Of a DNA stretch of 64,000 bases, positions 37,598 through 46,672 are shown piece after piece. The notes under the pieces were generated by a model. It was not told where the DNA came from. It saw nothing but the letters and a program-made list of their open reading frames with translations, and did no database searches. The position numbers and the translations under genes were made by a program. Every line of letters starts with the position of its first letter. Position 1 is the first letter of the stretch. Source of the DNA: Rhynchopus sp. YZ270_cl-10 (lineage: Eukaryota); assembly GCA_964035575.1 (NCBI GenBank), contig OZ037839.1:1488001-1552000 (forward strand). The letters are read 5' to 3'.

Positions 37598-40408
37598 TCA
37601 TGAATCAGACGAGAGGCAGGCAAACTGAGACAAAGCGTTCTGCTGAATGAGCTCAATAAGGTCGTCCTTACGGATATTATTGGTGATTTTGATTTTCCTG
37701 TCCGAGGCCTCTTGCTTCAGGGAAGCCACAGTCAGCTCACTCAACTGCCGAACGCAGTAGACCTGGTAGCCACTGTACATATCCCTAAAAAAATCCAGTG
37801 TTCCGGATTGCTCTGCTGCATCCGTGTCTTTCAGATCAAACTGATTATCTTTAGCAAGAACCGTGGCCCAGTGGTTTGCGTTAGGGTCAGATGATGGGCC
37901 AAAGAAGAATCCCACAAGACCTCTCGGGCTCTCACTGTCAGAGTTGCGATGGTGCGTGACCAGCGTCCCCCTGCTCAACAAGAGCACGCTCAGGACAGTG
38001 TGGGAGATCCATCCACCCAAAATGGAATCTTCCGCGTTTTCGGAGGAAGAATATTCCGAGCGCACAGTGGACCCTACTTCGTCCTGCATCTTCAACAGAA
38101 GCGAGTAAGGAACCCTGGGGTGTCCGTTGTGAACGAGAACCCAGTTCACTGCCGCCCACCCACACTCGCACTCAGCGCGACCTTCCCCCCCTCTCTGGTG
38201 CTTCGACATCGGGACGCGGGTGTCGGCCGTCCGAATCGACTCCTGCAGGTCCTCCCGCGTAACGGCAACCGTAACCTCCACCTTTCGCTTCTTTTTCGCG
38301 CGACCTTCGTTGGCCCGAATGCGCTTCTCCTTCGGCCTCCCCAACCCCCTCGCCTTCAGCGGCGGGGCCATGCGCGTCTCGTCCACTTCGAACCCGTCGC
38401 AGCTGATGGGGGCAACAGGGGAGCTGTACGTCTGTTTCAGTGCCCGGTTCTTCATGAACGCGGGGAGGTACAGATCCACCTGCTTCCCAGAACTGATCAG
38501 CGCCGCGGCGAAGTGCACGCAAATGCCATGCATGCTCAGGTGTGGACAGCTGCAAGAAGGGGGGTCACTTCCTTCGGAAGGATTTCTGGGTATGATGACG
38601 GTGTACCGCCTCCCAGAAGAGCTCGCCGCAGTCAGCCGAATCTGGAATTCGGAATACGGTTCTGTGTCCCCGAAACGCCTCGACGGGATCGCCGTGTAGG
38701 CTTCCGACGAAGTGCAGATGTTCTCCACCCTGGACCTCCAGTAGGAGGTGAGCTCCACATCCTCCAGAGCCTGCGACTCGTGCATCCTCGTGGAGACCAG
38801 ATCCATCATCTTCTCACGGAAGGTGTCGAGCAGGCCCAAGATGGGGAGTTTGCGGGCGGTGCCCAACCAGTTGTTGCTGCTCTCAGCAACATTTGTCCCG
38901 TAGTGGAACGCGCGGAAGGTGGAGGAAGGCGCATGCACATCCGCGAAGTAGCGCTGCAGGTTCTGGAGGTAGTTCTTGGCAGCGGGGGTCACCCTTCGGA
39001 TCTCTTCGAGGGTGGTGTCGTAGTCCTCACGCGAGGCAGCCCGCTGGAGCAGGTCAAATCTTGCGACTACCTCCTTCCCAAACTTCTTCACTGTCCGCTT
39101 CAGGTGCGTACCACACAGGAGGTGAGTCCAGTTATCAGGGACTGCACGCTTGACTGTGGATTCGATACCCGTGAAGTGGTCGGTGTAAAGAGTGGCTTTG
39201 TGGGGGAGCGCGAGAGCGGTGGCACAACTACGAAGAAACTCCTCCCACGCCACCCCCGTCTCAGACGGAGCCCACATGCACGCCAGAGGGTAAATCCTAC
39301 TAAGCGCATCAACTCCGACAAAAAAGTAGAAAACACCCGAGCACCCCTCTCCAGTCAAGTGGGTGGAATCCGCGGAGAAGACGGGGGGGAGATGCGGTGC
39401 AGCTACAATCGAAGACCCCAGACATAAAAAAGGGCCCTTTATCACCCCGTCATCCCCGCATGTTGCAACTGTGGTAGAGTCGGCCTCTCGCAGCTTCGAG
39501 AAGAAGAAAGGAATTTTCAACCAGCTTGTTGACCCGTTGCCCCACTTCTCCACCTGTATCGCCTTTTGTACCCTCCACGCAACCTGGTATGAAGCTTTGG
39601 CGTTCGTGTTGGCTTGGATTTGCGCGGGTGTGTGAGGTACCAGGGTCACAGAAGTTTTGTGCTCCTGCTTCAGGTGCTTCGAGGTGTAGCGTCCCCCTCC
39701 GGAGGTCGCCCTCCCAACACAAGTATGTGCTGCATCACACTTGATGATGTAGCCGTCGGACGACACCTTCACCTTCACTTGCCAGGCACAGGAGACTGCG
39801 TCTTCCCCATCTCCCACCATCCCCCGGCATTCCACATTCCACCGGGTCTTGTCGGCCCGCCGGTTGTACAGCTCCTTCCCGTCTTGGCACATTGCCGCAA
39901 TCACAAATAGCCGCAAACCGTCCATGGTCGAGAATCGATAACCATGGAGGTCGTCGGGGTGACTGGACACCGGTTTAACGGGGGCATCCTCGGGGTTTTT
40001 GGGAGAGCGCACAGGGGGTGTCACGGCTGATGCCGCGGCTGAAGGAGGGACTGATGGTGGAGGGGATGAGGACACGGCTGACGCAGGGGCTACAGATGAC
40101 GCGGCTGGTAGAGGAACTGGCGGCGCGGCTGGTGGCGGGACTGGTGACGCGGCTGGTGGCGGGACTGGTGACGCGGCTGGTGGGTTCACTTTCTTCGGGC
40201 GCGTTTGCGGCCGGGGTTGGGGTTGCTGCTGGTGCAGTTGCTGCTGGTCCTGCTGGAGCTGGGGGAGTCTCAGGCTCTGCTCCAGGTACGTCGCCCTCAT
40301 GGCGGCGAACTCCTCTGCGGAGATCACCTTGTCGGCGTGCAGTTCGGACGCCGCCCTCAAACACTGTAGAAAGTGTAGGTTCTGCATCTTTAAAAAGGTG
40401 GCCTGCAT
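37598..40408 (-). CDS. MULE/MuDR transposase (~936 aa from MQATFLK) with SWIM finger and extra C-terminal domains
   Basis: DDE core VFSADSTHL...GVDA...YPLA...LYTD...HLLCGTHL...TNVAESSN; SWIM CSCPHLSMHGICVH; GRPKEKR basic motif; N-terminal C...C...HxC module; start placed after a C-rich leader. Confidence 0.92.
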   Translation of the reverse strand: MQATFLKMQNLHFLQCLRAASELHADKVISAEEFAAMRATYLEQSLRLPQLQQDQQQLHQQQPQPRPQTRPKKVNPPAASPVPPPAASPVPPPAAPPVPLPAASSVAPASAVSSSPPPSVPPSAAASAVTPPVRSPKNPEDAPVKPVSSHPDDLHGYRFSTMDGLRLFVIAAMCQDGKELYNRRADKTRWNVECRGMVGDGEDAVSCAWQVKVKVSSDGYIIKCDAAHTCVGRATSGGGRYTSKHLKQEHKTSVTLVPHTPAQIQANTNAKASYQVAWRVQKAIQVEKWGNGSTSWLKIPFFFSKLREADSTTVATCGDDGVIKGPFLCLGSSIVAAPHLPPVFSADSTHLTGEGCSGVFYFFVGVDALSRIYPLACMWAPSETGVAWEEFLRSCATALALPHKATLYTDHFTGIESTVKRAVPDNWTHLLCGTHLKRTVKKFGKEVVARFDLLQRAASREDYDTTLEEIRRVTPAAKNYLQNLQRYFADVHAPSSTFRAFHYGTNVAESSNNWLGTARKLPILGLLDTFREKMMDLVSTRMHESQALEDVELTSYWRSRVENICTSSEAYTAIPSRRFGDTEPYSEFQIRLTAASSSGRRYTVIIPRNPSEGSDPPSCSCPHLSMHGICVHFAAALISSGKQVDLYLPAFMKNRALKQTYSSPVAPISCDGFEVDETRMAPPLKARGLGRPKEKRIRANEGRAKKKRKVEVTVAVTREDLQESIRTADTRVPMSKHQRGGEGRAECECGWAAVNWVLVHNGHPRVPYSLLLKMQDEVGSTVRSEYSSSENAEDSILGGWISHTVLSVLLLSRGTLVTHHRNSDSESPRGLVGFFFGPSSDPNANHWATVLAKDNQFDLKDTDAAEQSGTLDFFRDMYSGYQVYCVRQLSELTVASLKQEASDRKIKITNNIRKDDLIELIQQNALSQFACLSSDS

Positions 40409-40538
40409 GGGGGTCTTGTAGGGGCGGGGGGGGCGGGGGAGGGGGGCGGTGGGCTGGAATGTGCACCTCGCAGGTACCAAATAATAAGAGAGGGGGGTGG
40501 AGATCGTTTTGTCTATAGAACCGAAGCACACTCTCATG

Positions 40539-40960
40539 GTGCAAACCGCGCAGCAGAAACACACTCATACAATCCGCGCAGCAGAACCGAAACACACTCA
40601 TACAATCCGCGCAGCAGAATCGAAACACACTCATGCAATCCGCGCAGCAGAACCGAAACACACTCATGCAATCCGCGCAGCAGAACCGAAACACACTCAT
40701 ACAATCCGCGCAGCAGAAACACACTCCTATAGTGCAATCCGCGCAGCAGAACCGAAACACACTCATGCAATCCGCGCAGCAGAAACACACTCTTATAGTG
40801 CAATCCGCGCAGCAGAAACACACTCCTATAGTGCAATCCGCGCAGCAGAACCGAAACACACTCATGCAATCCGCGCAGCAGAACCGAAACACACTCATAC
40901 AATCCGCGCAGCAGAAACACACTCTTATAGTGCAATCCGCGCAGCAGAACCGAAACACAC
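40539..40960. repeat. ~30-33-bp minisatellite upstream of the MULE transposase
   Basis: Repeated CAATCCGCGCAGCAGAA(CCGAA)ACACACTC units, about 13 copies. Confidence 0.95.
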
Positions 40961-41162
40961 CTTCTTGCCCGCGTAAAACTGTAGTTTACGAAGGTCAAGA
41001 TACAATACCTTCTTGCCCGCGTAAAACTGTAGTTTACGAAGGTCAAGATACAACCCCTTCTTGCCCGCGTAAAACTGTAGTTTACGAAGGTCAAGATACA
41101 ATACCTTCTTGCCCGCGTAAAACTGTAGTTTACGAAGGTCAAGATACAACCCCTTCTTGCCC
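40959..41162. repeat. 48-bp tandem repeat, ~4 copies
   Basis: CCTTCTTGCCCGCGTAAAACTGTAGTTTACGAAGGTCAAGATACAA(TA/CC); internal hairpin CGTAAA...TTTACG. Confidence 0.95.
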
Positions 41163-41807
41163 TTAGAGTTTAAAGGAGTGACTCGTCCGGTCACCTGCCT
41201 AGTAAAGATACATAAAATAGCAAAAATTCTTCCACGTCCTCTGGTAACACTGCACTTTCAGCACTTCAAACTCCGAAGCCGACATCAATCCTTGCTCTAC
41301 CAGCGGGAAAACCGCTCCAGCGATTCAGCCAACTTGGCAATGTCATCCATTATTTTTTTAAAATACTAATTAAAAGGCTCAACTAAAAGTAACTGTTTGG
41401 GAAGGGGGTAGAGGGGTGAATGTCATACCATTTCAGTTTCTTGTGACCGGCGAAGGTTCTCATCGCAATTGTGCATGCAGTTCAGATCTCACGATCCTGT
41501 GATGGTTGTGAAATGTTGTTGTGAAACGTCCATCCGAGGGCACACAATGATACATCACACACGGAAGATAGACGTGCAAGCATGGTGTACGAGTAGACGG
41601 CCTTGAGGGCCGAGTTCTGCATGAATGCAGCAACGAAGAGGTCCACCTGTTTCCAGGAGAACATGCCATTTTGTAGCAAATGGGGAGGCGCTGCTGCATC
41701 ATAATAACTGCAAATGAGAAAATAACGAGGAGGGACATACCTTGTCTTGCGCCTTCGCTGCTGTCAAGGTGCCTTCTCTGGGTGCCCAGGTACCTGGTGT
41801 ACCTGGG

Positions 41808-41957
41808 CAGTACCCAGTACCCAGTACCCAGTACCCAGTACCCAGTACCCAGTACCCAGTACCCAGTACCCAGTACCCAGTACCCAGTACCCAGTACCCA
41901 GTACCCAGTACCCAGTACCCAGTACCCAGTACCCAGTACCCAGTACCCAGTACCCAT
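41808..41957. repeat. Heptamer tandem array (GTACCCA)n, ~21 copies
   Basis: Directly visible near the right MULE TIR. Confidence 0.98.
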
Positions 41958-42519
41958 AATACCCAAATAATTTAGGCTCCCACCCAGAACCGCGTTTAAG
42001 ACCCCCACAGATGCTCAAAAGTGCCAAATTTTGCTTGTAATGGCCTCAAATCGTCGAAATTAGCCCATATAGGCAAAAAAAAAAAAAAAAAAAATCGAGA
42101 GCCCCTTTCCCTGGGAGACAATAGGGTACCCAGCCAGGTACCCAGTACCCAAAATATTTTCGATAATACCCATTTTTTCTTTTCTTTAATACCCACTTTT
42201 TATTTTCGTTAGTACCCACTTTTGAAAATGGGTATTAACGAGAATGGGTACTAGGAAAATGGGTATTAAAGAGAAAAACCCAAAAAAAAATTGTCTAAGT
42301 TAAGGCCTAACTTAGACAGGTTGAGGACCCTGTTTTGACCAACGAAAGAACAAAAAAACTCACCCCCCCAATCTTTTTCCATACGGCCACATTAACCTCC
42401 CCAAAACCTTCCAAAACCCAACAGCTATATTCTATCACATTTAACACAACTTCCCCTCTCATTCCCCTCCTTTTTGTGCGGCGTCTCCAAAAACCCTTTT
42501 TTTTTTGTTCTTTGACACC

Positions 42520-44109
42520 ATGCCGAAAGCGCTCGATGGCAAACCTCAGAGCAGACTGAACAACAACGTGGCAGAAGGAGGAGGAGACGCGCCGTCACAC
42601 CCACCACCGCCCCCTCCACCACCATTCACATCACCACCTGTCTCCACCACTGGCACGTTGCTGGCATCTGGGCCACCTCCACCGCCACCTCTACCACCGC
42701 AGGTCTACGCTAATGGCATGGTGATTGCATCTGCACCACCACCACCACCGCCCCCTTCTATTGCTGATGCATTGCGTGCAACGGTTTTACCACCACCACC
42801 GCCACCACCACCATTGGGTGTTAAGACCGACACAGCCAGTAGAAGCACCACAAAACAGATCCATTGGGGGAAGATCGCGGATCCAAAAAATGAGGACTCA
42901 GCATGGCACGCGGGAGGCGTGGCTGTAGACGGTGCCGAGCTGCGCAGGCTCTTTCAGGTGAAGCAACGCAAGCCGTTGGGTGCCCCTACTGTGCAGAAGG
43001 GGAATACCTTTGTTCTCTCTGCGCAGCGTGCGAAGAATATTGGGATTTGTCTAAAGGGGCTGGGGAAGGGTGGGAGCACTGCTGGTATTGTGCATCTGGT
43101 GGATACGTTGGGCACCGGGCATGATGGTGCGTCGTTGCTTGAGATTGTTGCGTTGTTGCCGCAACTTCTTCCGACTGCTGCCGAGAGGAGCGCATTCGAG
43201 AAGATGAAAGGAACGGAGCTGACTGCAGTGGAAAGCGTGGTGATGGAGTTGGGTAGGGTGCCGCAGATTGCAGAGAAAATCCGCTGTTTGACGCACATCA
43301 CGCACTTCATCCTCGCCTTGAAGGAGTGTGAAGGGCAGATCGGTGGACTCCACGCAGCGGTGTCTTCTGCTGTCCGGTCTTCTCGTCTGGCCACTGCGCT
43401 GTGTACTGCGGTTGCTGCTGGAAATATCCTCAACCAAGACAAACCTTGGGGAAACGCGGTCGCAGTCTCTCCGGACAGTCTCGCAAAGCTGGCTGATGTG
43501 CGTAGCACCGATGGGGCGAACTGGACATTGCTTCAAATGGTTTACGACACTCTCGATGCAGACGATGGGGTACGCTTCTTCAGCTACCTCCAGGGTGAAA
43601 CCTGCAAACTCAACTCTGACGCACTTCGGTGCAGCCTACAAGATGTCCAATCCACCTTGAAGTCGCTCTTCGAGCAGGTCAAATGGATGCACGCGATCGA
43701 ATGGGAGGATGCAGCCTACAGCACCACCCTGCATTCGCTCTTCCTCCAATCACCTTGGGTCAAGCGTCTGGAGCAGTCGAACTACGAGTTCAAAAGGCTC
43801 CTCCACGCTGTCGATGGGTTTCTGGTAAGGTTTGCGTGGAAAGCCTACCATTTGGATGATTCACTCCAGGCACTTTGCGGGTTCAAAGACGCACTTCTCG
43901 CGCTCCACGCACAGCGTGTCACAAAGGAGGAGGGCACCAGGGGAGGCAAAGACTCCGCCCCGCAAACAGACGTGCTCCTCAAATGGGCCCTCGGCGAGGT
44001 GCACATCCCTGCTGCGGAGGTCGGGTTTGTTCCGATCGGATCGTTCGTCCGTGTGGCGAAGGGTGAAGGTCAAAAAACGATCGGAGTCAAAAGGCCCAGA
44101 GAAGAGTGA
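42520..44109 (+). CDS. Formin-like protein (FH1 polyproline + FH2)
   Basis: Several polyproline tracts followed by FH2 motifs KQIHWGKI...SAW, ELRRLF, LSAQRAKNIGICL, LLPTAAE, AGNILN...GNAVAV...LAKLADVRS. Confidence 0.88.
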   Translation: MPKALDGKPQSRLNNNVAEGGGDAPSHPPPPPPPPFTSPPVSTTGTLLASGPPPPPPLPPQVYANGMVIASAPPPPPPPSIADALRATVLPPPPPPPPLGVKTDTASRSTTKQIHWGKIADPKNEDSAWHAGGVAVDGAELRRLFQVKQRKPLGAPTVQKGNTFVLSAQRAKNIGICLKGLGKGGSTAGIVHLVDTLGTGHDGASLLEIVALLPQLLPTAAERSAFEKMKGTELTAVESVVMELGRVPQIAEKIRCLTHITHFILALKECEGQIGGLHAAVSSAVRSSRLATALCTAVAAGNILNQDKPWGNAVAVSPDSLAKLADVRSTDGANWTLLQMVYDTLDADDGVRFFSYLQGETCKLNSDALRCSLQDVQSTLKSLFEQVKWMHAIEWEDAAYSTTLHSLFLQSPWVKRLEQSNYEFKRLLHAVDGFLVRFAWKAYHLDDSLQALCGFKDALLALHAQRVTKEEGTRGGKDSAPQTDVLLKWALGEVHIPAAEVGFVPIGSFVRVAKGEGQKTIGVKRPREE

Positions 44110-45255
44110 GAGAAAGCGGTGGAGGAGAGGGGAGAGGGGAGAAGGGGTAATAAAAGTCTCAAGTCTCTAAAAATTTTTTTTTGTTGTCAACAAAAAGAAA
44201 AAGGGGAGAACATTTTTGTTGATCCCTATACTTTCAATCGAATGTATGCTGTTTCATCAACGTTACTTTTTAAAAGGGGGGGATTTTTTTTTTTTTGAGA
44301 TACAATTATCGCAGAGGCTTGTATTTCATGTCAATATCTTTTTTTTTTTATTTTTTCCCCCTTTCCCGTTGTGTTCTCTTATGAGGGGTGGTGTGACGTC
44401 TTAGAAGCTAGTAGATAGTGTTCGTTGTGTTTGCTAAACACGGCCTCTTTTTATATGAGTAATGTGTTTGTTGCACGAGAAGGCACATTCGTCTTACAAT
44501 TTTTATCTTTTTTTTTTTGCTTCTCTTTAAAAAGATGGGATCATTTTTTGATCCCCTCCTCCTATGCTATCAATTTGATTGCATAGGTTGAAAATACTTT
44601 TTTTTTTTTTTAAATGTTGCTGCAGTTTCCCCTGCACGCTATTCCGTACGAGTGCAACACTCCAGAGGGTTTCACTAATCCACAGAGTGTCAGGGTGCCT
44701 GCATCCCAGAGGTGTAGGTGCTATTCAGCGTATTAATTGTTGTGTACAGAGAACCCTCACGGAGGTGTCATTATGTTCAGTTATCAGATGGTCAGGGTTG
44801 GTCCAGGGGGGGTCGGGGGGAGCGGGGATGAGCGCCAGATTTTTCAGCTGGATTTTGAGGCGTCGTCTTAAAATTCAGCTGAGAATATGGACGAAAAAAG
44901 AAATACAGGGAAATATAGTGGAGTTCACCCTCGGGTGTCTGCACTAATGCTACCAAGTATTCAAAGAGAAAAAGGCGCAAAGTGGAGATTGCACAGCAGC
45001 ACAACCGAGGCAACTTCACTCTTCAGCGCGAACGATTTGAACGAATTATAAACGAATAAAGAAATAGAAACATACGTGGAGCTCACATGAAAAAAAAGCG
45101 AGGTGTCTACACGTTGATCAAAAAACAAACCAAAAAACAAAAATCAAAAAAAAAAAAGCAAAAAACCGCCGCTACCGATAGTTACTGTGTAGTCAGCGTC
45201 ACGCCTACCTCGGTAGGTTAAAGTGAAAAACAAAAACCATAAACATATTAATTTA

Positions 45256-45294
45256 ATAAACGATTTCTAAAGCTACAGTTTCTGTACTTCATTG
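45256..45294 (+). other. Spliced-leader (mini-exon) sequence relic, diplonemid type
   Basis: AACGATTTCTAAAGCTACAGTTTCTGTACTTCATTG matches the euglenozoan SL exon 3' half (CAGTTTCTGTACTT.ATTG); followed by AACAAA rather than the GT of an SL RNA intron. Confidence 0.8.
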
Positions 45295-45337
45295 AACAAA
45301 CCAACTACCACAACACACACCTTTTTTTTTTTTATTC

Positions 45338-45838
45338 CTCCCCTCACGGGGAGGGACTTTGCTTGCAGGAAGATGAAGAGGCAAACCAAACTTCATGCCC
45401 CCCTCACAGGGGGCTTGGAGATCGATGATTAAACTTTATTGCCCCCCTCACGGGGAACGTCCGCACGAGAAGAGGACGAGAAGAGGCAATGCGAACTTCA
45501 TGCCCCCCTCACAGGGGGCTTGGAGATCAGGGCGGCATGCAAACAAACTTCATGCCCCCCTCACAGGGGGTTTGGAGATCAGGGCGGCATGCAAACAAAC
45601 TTCATGCCCCCCTCACAGGGGGCATGGGGATCAGTGGGGGGTGCGCCTGAAAGAGGCGAGAGGAGCGAAACTTCAATGCTCCCCTCACGGGGGGGGCTTG
45701 AACCATTTCTGTGGAGAAGCAGAAAGTCTAAGACATCAAATAAACAATGGAAATGCAAACGGTATCTAACGACATCGTTTGCAGACAAAACAAAAAAAAT
45801 ATGTACTTCATTGCTTCCCTCTACGGAGGGGGCTTGAA
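45338..45838 (+). repeat. Array of GC hairpins (CCCCCTCAC(A)GGGGG), most preceded by ACTTCATG-like motifs
   Basis: About 8 units; the central part is a 52-bp tandem (45495, 45547, 45599). Confidence 0.85.
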
Positions 45839-46672
45839 GATACAATATCCCCGACAACCCTGGACCATCCCGAACCATTTGAAACTGAAACATATGGACA
45901 CCGTCCTCACAATGTTAAACTTCTGTCGAAAGCCAGAGAGGATTTTCTCAATGTACACAAGCAACAAAACAAAGCAAAAAAAAGCGGAAAAATATAAAAG
46001 AGGCAACGTCACACACACCCCTCAGCGGAGAGCACTTCGGGGGAAGGGAGGCGTGTTTCTTTGAGTTTTGTGTTTTTCAGAAGAACAAAATGCAAGTCCA
46101 GAGTGAACCCACCTTCCCCTTTTAGATGACTAAGCACGGAGAGGCTTAGGTTCATCTTATAAAACTTTTCTTTCTGATGTTGTGTGCACGAGAGGCACAT
46201 TTCATCGTTCAAATATTCTTTTTATCTCTTAAAGCCACCTATCATCCCGAAGTTTAGGTGTATTTTTAACAATATTATCAACTGTTTTTTCCCCCCCTTT
46301 TTCGATCCCCTTTTTTTTATAGTTCCTGACATTTCCACTAGGATGTCATATTTTGAAAGCATTCCCACTTGTTGGGGAAGCGTACTTTTTTTTCTCTCTC
46401 CTTTTCTCCCCTTTGTGTGACCGACAACCCCAAATATTTCTTTCAAAGCCCAGGTAGGCGGCAGCCGGTTACGGTCCCTGCTTACCCAAATTTTTGTTGA
46501 GACACACTTTAAGGTCTGTTGATTCTCGGTGATACCCATTATTACTATTGAATACGCCTCAGCGAGGGTTAACAGACCTCTTCAAGTGGGTATCAGCGAA
46601 AATTATTGCTGCGAAAAGAGAAAAAAAAAAACACAAAAAAAAAAAAAAAGAAGAAGAAGAAAAAAAAACCAT

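Larger units (their letters stand above)
35115..42281 (-). mobile_element. Mutator/MULE DNA transposon (7167 bp)
   Basis: ~140-bp TIRs beginning GGGTT and rich in TACCCATTTT; 9-bp TSD of A9 (uninterrupted hAT copy has C+A13; here A13-element-A9); encodes a MULE transposase. Confidence 0.92.
31785..42332 (-). mobile_element. hAT DNA transposon, copy 2, interrupted by a nested Mutator
   Basis: Same 14-bp TIRs; 8-bp TSD TTTTGACC (31777-31784, 42333-42340); the last 51 bp resume at 42282 after the insertion. Confidence 0.96.

Noticed and set aside
45256..45400. Functional SL RNA gene
   Set aside because: The exon is not followed by GT, its first bases differ from the expected SL start, and there is no tandem SL gene array
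45338..45838. CRISPR-like hairpin repeat array
   Set aside because: Spacers are irregular or duplicated, there are no cas genes, and the context is eukaryotic
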